Shown here: positions 45,104 through 54,814 of the stretch, in pieces
Layout: every line of letters begins with the position of its first letter
Numbering within the stretch: the first letter of the stretch is position 1
IMG/VR virus record: IMGVR_UViG_2882178878_000003
Coordinates: 1-64,000 of that record
DNA length: 64,000 nucleotides
Strand: one strand, 5' to 3'
Source of the DNA: a virus
Lineage: Duplodnaviria > Caudoviricetes
Made by a program: the position numbers and the translations under genes
The notes under the pieces: model-generated
What the model was told of the DNA's origin: nothing
What the model saw: only the letters and a program-made list of their open reading frames with translations
Database searches by the model: none

Positions 45104-45165
45104 TTGTTCGTTCGGGCTGCTAACCCCGGCCCGTTCCATTCATTTGTAATTAAGGAGGCCATGAG

Positions 45166-45639
45166 ATGGCTACAGTAACTAAAAACCAGTTTCGCGCCCA
45201 TCAATATGGTGCGACTCCCTACGGCAATATGTCCTCACTGGCATATTCATTAAAAACCGATGCCACTGGCAAGCCACTTGAAAGTGATGCCACTGCGGCA
45301 TTAGCAGTTGGTGATGTGGTGGATTTGGGTCTACTGCAAGAAGGCTGGCGCCTGGAAGATGCCAGTATTTTCATTACCACGGCAATGACTGCCTCGGTGA
45401 CCGGTTCACTGGGCTTTAAGTATGAAGATGGCGTGGATGATACCAAGGTTCCTCAGGATGCTGCCTATTTCATTTCAGGTGGAAGTCTGGCTGCCGCTGG
45501 GCGCTTGCGTGCCAATACCGGCAAGCTGGTAACCCTGCCTAAGCCTGCGCGCCTGATCCTGACCATTGCTGGTGCCACAAATGCCAAAGCCAGTGACATC
45601 AAGGTGGTGGTACAGGGCGAGATGAAAGGGCCGCGCTAA
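45166..45639 (+). CDS. Capsid-associated/decoration protein
   Basis: 157 aa, beta-rich, directly after the capsid gene. Confidence 0.65.
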   Translation: MATVTKNQFRAHQYGATPYGNMSSLAYSLKTDATGKPLESDATAALAVGDVVDLGLLQEGWRLEDASIFITTAMTASVTGSLGFKYEDGVDDTKVPQDAAYFISGGSLAAAGRLRANTGKLVTLPKPARLILTIAGATNAKASDIKVVVQGEMKGPR

Positions 45640-45712
45640 TTTGGTTTGTGCGTTCGGGCAGGCGGGCTATCTCGGCCTGCCCATTTTTTTAAGTATTTGG
45701 AGAACAGAACAA

Positions 45713-46588
45713 ATGAAACGCGGATTAATTGCAGCAGTTGCCTATGGGATTTTAGGGGCTTACAGCTTCTCTGTAAGTGCAGTAACAGAACCAGCGTGGG
45801 ATAGTTTAACGGATCAGGAAAAACAGCCCACTCTAGCGCGGGTCGATATGCTGCTGGCCAATCCGGATAGCACACCCGAGCAACTGCATACCTCATGGCT
45901 GGAGAAAAAGCTGGCGGATGGCTGGACTACAGGCAGCCCGTTTGATGCTCAAAAAAAGCAGCATCCATTGTGTGTGCCTTATAGTGATTTACCTCAGGAA
46001 GAAAAAACCAAGGATTACTTGCTCTACGCTGTGGTGCAATCCTTAAAAGATTTGCCGGATGCGGAAGAAGCTGCGCTGGAAGCCGTCACCACTTATCAAA
46101 AACAGCTTGCAAGTGTGGCACAGGAAAAGGGCGCAGGTGCCAAGCAAGATCCTGCGATGGCCAGTGCCATTGCGGTTAAATATATTGGCCGCCGCCCGGA
46201 CTGGCGCGACTCCCTGTATAACACTGGCCTGTATTTCACCAGCGGTCAAACCCGTCAACTTCCAGCGGCCATTGCCCGCAAGTTGCTCAAGCATGCTGAC
46301 CTGTTTACTGAAGGTGAGCAGGACGAAGGCATTGTGATTGCTGATACCACAACGAGCACGGATGATACCGGCAAGCTGCTCGATGAGGCGGCCAAACAGT
46401 TGCAGGAAAAAACCCGCCAGCAAGAACAGATACAGGACGTGATTGACCGGCTGGGCCAAATGGATAAGGACCAGCTGGCTGATTATGCCTATGTCAACTA
46501 TCAGCAAAAAGTACCCAAAACCTTGAGTGTTGAAAACATGAAAGAACGGGTCATTCAACTTGTGAATCAGTTTGGTATCGTCCCATGA
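45713..46588 (+). CDS. Virion-module protein with N-terminal RyR-like domain
   Basis: PEQLHTSWLEKKLADGW...FDAQKKQHPLCVPYSDLPQEEKTKD; ATG 45713 preferred. Confidence 0.7.
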   Translation: MKRGLIAAVAYGILGAYSFSVSAVTEPAWDSLTDQEKQPTLARVDMLLANPDSTPEQLHTSWLEKKLADGWTTGSPFDAQKKQHPLCVPYSDLPQEEKTKDYLLYAVVQSLKDLPDAEEAALEAVTTYQKQLASVAQEKGAGAKQDPAMASAIAVKYIGRRPDWRDSLYNTGLYFTSGQTRQLPAAIARKLLKHADLFTEGEQDEGIVIADTTTSTDDTGKLLDEAAKQLQEKTRQQEQIQDVIDRLGQMDKDQLADYAYVNYQQKVPKTLSVENMKERVIQLVNQFGIVP

Positions 46589-47253
46589 ACCTTAAAGATT
46601 TAATCAGCAGTTTCCGCGTGGATGCGGACGACAAAGTAGAGCCCTACTTTTGGACGGATGAGGATGTCACGCGCTGGTTAAATGAGGCCGTGGCAGAGGC
46701 GGCCATTCGTGGTCGCCTGATCCATGAAAGCAGCAATGCCGTTATGTGCTGCATTGCTGTTATCGCTGGCCAGTCGGTTTATCCGATCCATAGCGCCATG
46801 ATTGAGCTGGACTATGTGGCATTTATGCCAACTGGTGTAAACCATGGCAATCCGATTTACCTGACCTCTCAGGAAAACCTGAACGAGGTGATGCCACGCT
46901 GGCGCACCGAAACTGGTGATCCCCGCTTTGCCATCCAGTCTGATAAAACCTTGCGTCTGGCGCCAACACCGGTACGCACTGGGGTAATAGCACTGGAAGG
47001 TTATCGCTTGCCGAAATCTGATATGGCAGACCCGGAAGATTCACCGGAAATTAACGCAGCGCATCATCGCCATCTGGTGCAATGGGCATTGGCTCGCGCA
47101 TTCAAGGTGCCAGATACCGAGGTCTTTGATCCCAATCGGGCAGCAATCGCTGAGTCTGAATTTACTAAATATTTTGGTGAGCGCCCAGACGCAGATTTAA
47201 GGCGGCAAACACGGGAAGATTTTCCCCACCACGTACTACCGTTTTGGCCATAG
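46585..47253 (+). CDS. Head-tail adaptor protein
   Basis: PYFWTDEDVTRWLNEA...PEINAAHHRHLVQWAL.RAF..PD. Confidence 0.75.
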   Translation: MNLKDLISSFRVDADDKVEPYFWTDEDVTRWLNEAVAEAAIRGRLIHESSNAVMCCIAVIAGQSVYPIHSAMIELDYVAFMPTGVNHGNPIYLTSQENLNEVMPRWRTETGDPRFAIQSDKTLRLAPTPVRTGVIALEGYRLPKSDMADPEDSPEINAAHHRHLVQWALARAFKVPDTEVFDPNRAAIAESEFTKYFGERPDADLRRQTREDFPHHVLPFWP

Positions 47254-47299
47254 GTGAATCATGCCTGCAAAAATTAAATTGAATATAGCTATTGTGCTC

Positions 47300-47341
47300 C
47301 CCCTGTAGGGTATGACTCTGCAATCCCATAGCCAGCATAAT
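47300..47341 (+). promoter_or_regulatory. Putative late promoter, motif copy 6
   Basis: CCCCTGTAGGG-N25-CATAAT. Confidence 0.65.
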
Positions 47342-47371
47342 TTTTCAATCAATTGCTTTATAGACTGCAAC

Positions 47372-47566
47372 ATGAGCAAGTCAATTCACGACCTTAAACT
47401 TGGGCAGGTACTCACCATTGGTGATGTTACTGTTCGGCTTGAGAAAAAATCAGGACAACTGGCAAGGTTGGCTATAGAAGCGCCATCAACCACACCAGTC
47501 AAACTATCCAAAGAAACCAATGCGCATGAGTGCATTCCGATAAAAGAGGAATTAACTCATGGCTAA
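47372..47566 (+). CDS. Small CsrA-fold-like protein
   Basis: DLKLGQVLTIGDVTVRLEKKSGQLARLAIEAP parallels the CsrA beta-strand pattern. Confidence 0.5.
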   Translation: MSKSIHDLKLGQVLTIGDVTVRLEKKSGQLARLAIEAPSTTPVKLSKETNAHECIPIKEELTHG

Positions 47567-47966
47567 TACGCTTTTCGACTTTGCCCGTCAACGCTTCCTA
47601 GAGGCACAGATCAATTGGCAAACCGATACGATCAAGGTAATTTTGGTTGATACTGGTGCGTATACGCCACAAACAGGCGTGCATCAGTATTTATCTGATA
47701 TTTCAGCATCAGCACGTATTGCAGGACCAGTAACCTTGACCGCCAAGGCAACTACTGGCGGCGCGGCAGATGCGGCAGACGTTACTTTTGCTGCGGTAAG
47801 TGGTGCGAGTATTGAGGCTATCGTAATCTATAAAGATACTGGTAGTGAAGCGACCAGCCCATTGATTGCTTTTATTGATACTGCTACTGGATTACCAATT
47901 ACTCCTAATGGTGGTGATATTATTGTGACGTGGGATAACGGCACTAACAAAATCTTCAAGGTTTGA
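47559..47966 (+). CDS. Virion structural protein
   Basis: 135 aa, beta-rich, ends GLPITPNGGDIIVTWDNGTNKIF. Confidence 0.7.
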   Translation: MANTLFDFARQRFLEAQINWQTDTIKVILVDTGAYTPQTGVHQYLSDISASARIAGPVTLTAKATTGGAADAADVTFAAVSGASIEAIVIYKDTGSEATSPLIAFIDTATGLPITPNGGDIIVTWDNGTNKIFKV

Positions 47967-48044
47967 GTATATAAATCAATAACTTGTGGATAGTGAAAAT
48001 CCATTATCCCAAGTAACAATGGTCTTACGCATGAGTGCAAAACT

Positions 48045-48368
48045 ATGAATAAACCAAAGAAACCGCCCACACAAGGTATCGGCGTACAAGGCTTTAAAGC
48101 TGATCTGTATGCCTCCGATATTCCACGCATTGACTGGCACAGACTAACCAATATTCCTAAGTTTCAAATGTATGCCACAGAGCATGCAGGCAAAACCTAT
48201 GGCGATGTGTCTAACGTCATGGAGTGGATAGTAGGTTACGTGCAAGACCAGATTCATGCTGGCAATGAGCAACAGTTATTTGATGCTTATAGCAAATGGC
48301 ATGATGAAAAGGGTTATTGGAAACAAGAAGATTATTACGGTGTATTGCTAGAGAGTCGAGGACAATAA
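48045..48368 (+). CDS. Hypothetical protein
   Basis: 107-aa ORF within the tail module. Confidence 0.65.
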   Translation: MNKPKKPPTQGIGVQGFKADLYASDIPRIDWHRLTNIPKFQMYATEHAGKTYGDVSNVMEWIVGYVQDQIHAGNEQQLFDAYSKWHDEKGYWKQEDYYGVLLESRGQ

Positions 48369-48370
48369 AA

Positions 48371-49021
48371 ATGGAAATACTACCTTATAAATATTACAGG
48401 CTTTACATAACCAAATCTGCTGCAGGTGGTAATGGCTATTTTTCCATGAATACTTTCAGCATGTTTGAAACAAATGAAAGCACCACTGATCTTTGTATAG
48501 GTGCAACAGCAACAGCAAGTTCAAACTATAATGCTTCTACTGATGCACCAAAGGCAATTGACAATAATGCATCGACGTACTGGGAAACAGCATCAACTTC
48601 GGGTGATAAATGGTTCAAAGTTGAGCTACCTACTGCGAGAAAAGTCCGGAAATTAATAATAACTGCAACCAATTATCAAGATGAGATGCCAAGTGCTTTC
48701 ATTTTTCAGGGATCGAATGACAATATTAATTGGACTAATCTTAAAACAGTTAACAGGGGAACTTTTAATTCACCTACTTCTTACACCGAGTTATTAAGCA
48801 CAGTTGTAGGTGGTAAAAGTGTGTTGGATAGTGGTGATCCAAGTTTAAAAGTGATTCTTTTCAATTGGCAGACCATGCAATACATCATTCATACAACACC
48901 TAATGCATCGGGTGACTGGTTTATATATTTGAATGATACAAGTGATGTATTAATTACACACATAGGGCCAGCTGGATATCAGCCAATAAGTGATGGACCT
49001 ATAACTCCTATGGTGTATTAA
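48371..49021 (+). CDS. Discoidin/F5-8 type C (galactose-binding-like) domain protein
   Basis: ATASSNY...PKAIDNN..TYW...WFKVEL...F..QGSND..NWT. Confidence 0.8.
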   Translation: MEILPYKYYRLYITKSAAGGNGYFSMNTFSMFETNESTTDLCIGATATASSNYNASTDAPKAIDNNASTYWETASTSGDKWFKVELPTARKVRKLIITATNYQDEMPSAFIFQGSNDNINWTNLKTVNRGTFNSPTSYTELLSTVVGGKSVLDSGDPSLKVILFNWQTMQYIIHTTPNASGDWFIYLNDTSDVLITHIGPAGYQPISDGPITPMVY

Positions 49022-52000
49022 TGCCATTTTATGCACCACCGTTATATCGTAACGTAAATGTCCGTTTAGAGGGAGGTTATATACCTCCGAACGCTGTTGG
49101 TGGGGTAAAAAATCTTTCCTCCGCAGGGAGATATGACTATAAGCCTTCACATTATAATAATGTTAATGCTCGTTTATTATCAGGATATATTTTACCCAAT
49201 CCAGTTGAACAGTCTAAAATACTGACTCGCACAGAGTACAGTGGTGCATTACCTCAAACAATTTCTGTAAGTGGTGAAGATTATTTAGAAATTGGTAACA
49301 GTCGTGCGGATCTAAAAATATTATATCTTGTGCCAATTGGAGTGGAATACCCTTCAATTGGTAGTGCGCATATTAGAAATAGATCAGAAAAAGTATATGT
49401 AAATCATAATTACGCTCCCCCAACATCTACCCAGGTAACGCTTTCTGCTAACCACCAAACAAGCACGTCGGCCTATTTAACTCGCCCTGGCAATTATAAT
49501 GTTTTCGGCTTTTTATCAATTAGTAATAAAAATAGGGTGGTTGCAACTGAGGGTAAAGACTTATCGGATTTTGGTTCACCCAAGCTCATTCTAGCTGAAA
49601 GAAAAATCGTTGCATCGGGATTTGTAGCATCAGGGATTGGTACACCTTTTGTTCAAGATACAGCGGTTAAACCATCGGGTATAGATTCTTTAATATTCAG
49701 CAAACCCACTATTTATAATTTACGCCAATATGTAAAAAATAGAGGGATACCACCCTTTGAGCTTGGCATAGCTTATTTACAAGGTGGCGTTAAATACATT
49801 ACAGCTAGTGGCTTTAGCTCTAATGTATTTGGCGCTACGACTGTTATCAACACTAGAGCAGACCAATACTTACAGCTAAGTGGCGAAGGCATCACGCCGC
49901 CATTACTAGCAAGCCCTAATGTATCACCACGGATATTGTATCCATCAGGCATTAAAGCGGATGCTTACGGCCAGCCGCTAGTGCAGCGCAACCCCAGCCC
50001 CTTGGGATTTGTAGATACCAGTTATGGTGATGCTTGGGTTTCACATAGTCCACGTTATCTATTAGCAGGCATTGGCGATAGCTTTGTTAGTGGCTATCCA
50101 CAAGTATTCGACCCAACGCGCACGATTTACTTAGCAGACAAGGGTATCGAGGGCGGTATCTTTGGCGATACTGCTGCCAAGAATACACGTAGAATAATAA
50201 CGGTAGATGGATTCCAAGACAGTCAGTTTAGTAGTTTTGCCACAATCTACAGCACACGCAGATACATTAATACCATTGGGTTTGATGCGCAAAATTTTGG
50301 CAATAGTGAGATTTACAATAAAACGCCATCACTTGCGCCTAATGGCTTTGATTCGCTGCAAGGACTTAACCCTAGTATTGGTTATGCCATACGCCATATT
50401 TACCCGTCAGGCTTTGATTTACTAAAAACTGGTAATGCAGTAGTCATAAAGACACCAGAAATTAAGCCTGGTGGCTTTAATGCTCAGGCGTTTGGTGCGC
50501 TATTCATATCCAACTACACCAGATTGATTGAAGTTGCGGGTAAGTATTCGCAAGAGTTTGGCGAACCAGCAGCGTGGCATCGGCTACGCAAACTGCAACA
50601 CGAAGGATTCACAACAGATTCTTATGGCAAGCCGCGCATTGAGCATGGTCGCAGAACGCTACTTGCATTAGGTAGTAATCATTCACTGTATGGCCAACCA
50701 TGGCTATCTTATGCGATACGCAGCATAGCCGTTAGATCAATCTATACTGAGTTTGCCAGTAACCACAATGTTGGTGGTTTGCAGTTTATTGATGCACAAG
50801 GTTTTATTGCTACTGAGTTCGGCACGCGAATCATTCCAGAAGTCCAGTCACTAGCGCCATTTGGGTTTAGCAATAGCTATGGCCTTGCTACCATTGACTT
50901 AAAGACCAAGTACATCGCACCACAAGGCTTTAAAACCAGTATTCAGGAATCCTTGCGCTTTGGTACGCCGAAGTTTTACAACCTCGTTCAATACATCACA
51001 CAAAATTATGACGCTGGTAGTGGCTTGGTTCCACCACAATGGCCGCAGTGGACTGCCATTGAAAATAGAAACAAGATCATTGGTGCGATTGGCAGTAACT
51101 TTACCAAGGTCGGAGAGCCAAACCTTTATAATAATGCGCGACTGATTGAGCCAAGCGGCATTGACAGCTTCAAGCATAGTGGCTTGCTGATAGCGGATCG
51201 TATTCGCTACTTGCGCCTAGAGGGTATGGAACCACCGTATATTAGTGGTTGGTCAAACGTCCATAATGATGCGCGAGTAATACAGGTTGGTGGATTTAGT
51301 ACGCAAGTATTTGGCAGTGCAACTATAGAGAATACAAGGCGCTACTACCCAAGAGTGGGTAATTGGGAAAGCCTAGAATTTGGCACACCGATGGTTGCAG
51401 ATGCAATCCGAACCATTGATATTGAATCGCGCTATGGCATTAACCCGCCGTACATACCAGTGCCAGATATTCAACTACGGCGCAGATACCTTGATGAAGT
51501 TGGCAAGGATGATCATTTACGCATGGGTGAGCCGTCACTAATCATTCACTTTAATATCATTGCGCCACGATGGTCACAGGTTGACCGCTTTGGTGAGCCG
51601 CGCCTAGTAAATGTCACGCCAGAAGTGCATACCTACGGCCATAACAGCGAACTATTTGGCAATGCCAGTGCGCGCACTTCATTTAGAGTGGTTGAGCCAG
51701 ACGGCAGCCTAATGGAATTGTTTGGCTTGACTGGTATTGCTGATCGGAATCGCGCAGTTATCGTAAGTAGTTTTAATGCTGGCGCGATTGGCAGTGCTAT
51801 AAAAGTTATTAAGACTGGACAGCCGCCTTATACGCCGCAATACATTTGGCTTGATGAGGCTGAGATTGATGGGGTTTCTAGTGGTGGGTATGGCATTGAC
51901 GTGCCAAAGACACAGGTTTCCAATCCTTTCGTGCGTAGTAATGTAATTAGTCCTGAAGGCTTTGTTGCTACAAGATCGGGCAGTCATCACTTGCAGTCAA

Positions 52001-52947
52001 ACGGAATTATTGTGGATATTGGTGTTCCGTCAGCGCCATTCGGCAGCGCAAACGTAGGATTAAAAAACAGGCCATTTTCTATAGGAACAATAGGCGATTC
52101 AATGTTATTTGGTTTCCCATCGCTATCTCCGCACACAATATACGCAACAAAGGATGTTACACAGCAGGCAATCACAAACCACCCTTTAAGTAGTATATTT
52201 TACGATGTTGGCTCAAGCCCAGGTATTTCGCCAGCAGGAGAGAGGTTTGGAAATATCACTCTTACGCTTCAGCACCGCACTATTTTAAGGTGTGGCGCAG
52301 GCAGTCAATTAAGTATTGGCAGTGCTAACATTAGACTAACAAAGCGATTAATTGACCTAAATAACAATGGCTTTAGGTCGTACCGAACTGGATTCCATTC
52401 AGTTGGACCATTTGAGCTAACTTTAATCCAATACGACTCTATAGATTCGGCAGCGTTTGGCGCGACAAGCATTATTCAGCCGACAGCCACGAAAACAGTA
52501 AGAGCAATTGGCGGCTATTCTCAGCTATTTGGGATATGTTCGCTTCAGTCAACAAGGATGGAATTGAAGCCACAAGGATTTGATGCGCAAGGCTTTGGTA
52601 AAAATGCACCACCTAATAATCCGTTTATGTGGCAAGGCATGCGCATTGGCGAGCGCGTACTAGGCAACTATGGCGGATTTGATGCGCTCGGTATTGGCGA
52701 TATATTTATTTCAAACAGAGTGCGTGGCATAGACCCAGCAGGGTTTGATGCGTTCATTTGTGACTATGACTACACTAACTTCAACAAGCGCATGCGTGTA
52801 ACAAAATCAGTGATTGAAAAGCCAAAACAATACGTCAGTGCTGTAGGGTTTGTGACTGATGATATGGGAGTGCCTAATATCAGGCCAGCAGCGCATTACA
52901 TCAGACCGGATGGTAATGCTGATCAATATCGCAAGGGGGCATGGTGA
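49021..52947 (+). CDS. Large virion/tail fibre-like protein
   Basis: 1308 aa with recurring I.P.GF....FG...I units. Confidence 0.75.
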   Translation: MPFYAPPLYRNVNVRLEGGYIPPNAVGGVKNLSSAGRYDYKPSHYNNVNARLLSGYILPNPVEQSKILTRTEYSGALPQTISVSGEDYLEIGNSRADLKILYLVPIGVEYPSIGSAHIRNRSEKVYVNHNYAPPTSTQVTLSANHQTSTSAYLTRPGNYNVFGFLSISNKNRVVATEGKDLSDFGSPKLILAERKIVASGFVASGIGTPFVQDTAVKPSGIDSLIFSKPTIYNLRQYVKNRGIPPFELGIAYLQGGVKYITASGFSSNVFGATTVINTRADQYLQLSGEGITPPLLASPNVSPRILYPSGIKADAYGQPLVQRNPSPLGFVDTSYGDAWVSHSPRYLLAGIGDSFVSGYPQVFDPTRTIYLADKGIEGGIFGDTAAKNTRRIITVDGFQDSQFSSFATIYSTRRYINTIGFDAQNFGNSEIYNKTPSLAPNGFDSLQGLNPSIGYAIRHIYPSGFDLLKTGNAVVIKTPEIKPGGFNAQAFGALFISNYTRLIEVAGKYSQEFGEPAAWHRLRKLQHEGFTTDSYGKPRIEHGRRTLLALGSNHSLYGQPWLSYAIRSIAVRSIYTEFASNHNVGGLQFIDAQGFIATEFGTRIIPEVQSLAPFGFSNSYGLATIDLKTKYIAPQGFKTSIQESLRFGTPKFYNLVQYITQNYDAGSGLVPPQWPQWTAIENRNKIIGAIGSNFTKVGEPNLYNNARLIEPSGIDSFKHSGLLIADRIRYLRLEGMEPPYISGWSNVHNDARVIQVGGFSTQVFGSATIENTRRYYPRVGNWESLEFGTPMVADAIRTIDIESRYGINPPYIPVPDIQLRRRYLDEVGKDDHLRMGEPSLIIHFNIIAPRWSQVDRFGEPRLVNVTPEVHTYGHNSELFGNASARTSFRVVEPDGSLMELFGLTGIADRNRAVIVSSFNAGAIGSAIKVIKTGQPPYTPQYIWLDEAEIDGVSSGGYGIDVPKTQVSNPFVRSNVISPEGFVATRSGSHHLQSNGIIVDIGVPSAPFGSANVGLKNRPFSIGTIGDSMLFGFPSLSPHTIYATKDVTQQAITNHPLSSIFYDVGSSPGISPAGERFGNITLTLQHRTILRCGAGSQLSIGSANIRLTKRLIDLNNNGFRSYRTGFHSVGPFELTLIQYDSIDSAAFGATSIIQPTATKTVRAIGGYSQLFGICSLQSTRMELKPQGFDAQGFGKNAPPNNPFMWQGMRIGERVLGNYGGFDALGIGDIFISNRVRGIDPAGFDAFICDYDYTNFNKRMRVTKSVIEKPKQYVSAVGFVTDDMGVPNIRPAAHYIRPDGNADQYRKGAW

Positions 52948-54173
52948 TGGCAACACGCTTATTTCCATTGGCAGGCATAAATAATGTGGTGCATGACGAT
53001 CAGTTGCAGCAGGGCGGCGATAATCCAAAGCTGTTTGTGCGTGATGCAGTCAATGTCGATATCAGCGTAACCGGACGGCCATCCCTGCGCAAAAGTGGCG
53101 AGCAGGTGACTACCCTTAATTATAAAAACCTATGGCAAAGCTCACTGCATCGGGACGTATTTGCTAGCCTCAATAATCAGGTTGTGAAAGTGAATCCCGA
53201 TACATGGGATTATGAGGTGATCCTGGACAATGTAGATACAGTCATTGTCTGTTTTGAGCTGGTCAATAATGCAGTATTTATCTCAACATCAGATGGTATT
53301 TTTATTTATACCGGTGGTGAGAAGGCTCAAGCTTTAGTAATTGATACGCCAGCTCAGCCACAAGCTGGGTTCACAACAGGTGGAATGCTCTACGGCGGCA
53401 CCTACGTGATTGCAATTTCATGGCTGCGTGGTCAGATAGAATCAGGGCTGTCAGAAAGCACAAAAGTTATGATTGCAAACGCAATTGGAAGTGACCAATT
53501 TGATGGTAGCTATGCTGCTATCCATGTGAACTTGCCCTATTGCCTTGATGGCACAGTAACAGGTGTCCGGGTATACATCACTACAAGAAACGGTGCTGCG
53601 TTGCTCCATTTTGCTGACTATCCCATTACAGATACCACTATTGTGATTAATGATGTAGACCAGCTTGGCATGACTGCCAAGTTCGAATATTTGTCACCCA
53701 TGCCGTCAGGGAAAATAATGCGCTATTGGCAGGGTCGTTTACTGTGTGCTGATAAAAATATAATCCGCTTTTCCCAGCCAATGGCTTATCACCTGCATGA
53801 TGAGCGTCATGATTTTGTGATGATGCCGCAACGTATTACTTTTTTAGTGCCGGTTGATGGGGGCTTATGGGTTGGCCAAGTGGATCATGTTGTATTTTTA
53901 AGTGGCAGTCAGCCAAGCGACATGCGTTTTGTTAAAAAAACCAGTCGGCCGCCAGTACCCAATAGCGCAATTTCCCTTGATGCCCAGCAGGTGGGTAGTG
54001 AGATTTCGCAAGGTGGCGGAAAAACGGCATTATGGCTGGCCGAAAATGGCTATGTACTGGGAACGTCAAGCGGGCAAGTCATTGAGTTGCACGCTGGCAT
54101 CATGAAGGGAATTAGCGCAAAATCTGGCACCTCTGTAGTGCTTGATCGGCGCATACAAACTGCCGTAATTTAA
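52941..54173 (+). CDS. Tail structural protein
   Basis: 410 aa, beta-propeller-like strands; position in virion module. Confidence 0.65.
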   Translation: MVMATRLFPLAGINNVVHDDQLQQGGDNPKLFVRDAVNVDISVTGRPSLRKSGEQVTTLNYKNLWQSSLHRDVFASLNNQVVKVNPDTWDYEVILDNVDTVIVCFELVNNAVFISTSDGIFIYTGGEKAQALVIDTPAQPQAGFTTGGMLYGGTYVIAISWLRGQIESGLSESTKVMIANAIGSDQFDGSYAAIHVNLPYCLDGTVTGVRVYITTRNGAALLHFADYPITDTTIVINDVDQLGMTAKFEYLSPMPSGKIMRYWQGRLLCADKNIIRFSQPMAYHLHDERHDFVMMPQRITFLVPVDGGLWVGQVDHVVFLSGSQPSDMRFVKKTSRPPVPNSAISLDAQQVGSEISQGGGKTALWLAENGYVLGTSSGQVIELHAGIMKGISAKSGTSVVLDRRIQTAVI

Positions 54174-54231
54174 ATTTTTATTTCGTAACACGGTGCGCAT
54201 GAGTGCGCCATAGGATTAAGAGGATATTCCT

Positions 54232-54813
54232 ATGTCTGCACAATTGCGTAAAGAGCTGGCGCAAGCCTTAAATAAAGACCAATATGACATGACCGGGCAG
54301 GGACTTTATTTCCCGCGTCAGGGCATTATGGCGATGGGTCAATATTTTGACCGAATCAATGGCGGGGAATGGCAGGAAACCCCAAATCTGGTGGTCACTG
54401 AAGGGTTGGCGCACATCCTGAACGTGGCTCTCGGTAGCAAAGTTAAATCAAGCGGCTATTATCTGGCGCTGTTTAGTGGTGCAACTGCCCCTGCTGCTAA
54501 CTGGACAGCAGCAAACTTTGCATCAGTGGCATCAGAAGTGATTAGCTTAACCGAAGGTTATTCAGGTGCGACCCGTCCGCAATGGAATCCAGTAGATACC
54601 GCAACGAACTCCATTGACAACATGACTGCCACCGCATCAGTCACCATTGCAACATCGTCTACCTTGAATGTGACAGGTGCGGCGTTACTCACCAACAGCA
54701 CGCGCGGCGGCACGACTGGCACGTTGATTTCAGCGACCAAGTACGCAGCAGCACGCACGTTCCAAAATGGTGACGTATACGATATTGGTTATCGCTTAAG
54801 CCTCACGGTTTAA
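54232..54813 (+). CDS. Tail structural protein
   Basis: NLVVTEGLAHILNVAL motif; beta-rich. Confidence 0.7.
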   Translation: MSAQLRKELAQALNKDQYDMTGQGLYFPRQGIMAMGQYFDRINGGEWQETPNLVVTEGLAHILNVALGSKVKSSGYYLALFSGATAPAANWTAANFASVASEVISLTEGYSGATRPQWNPVDTATNSIDNMTATASVTIATSSTLNVTGAALLTNSTRGGTTGTLISATKYAAARTFQNGDVYDIGYRLSLTV

Positions 54814-54814
54814 G

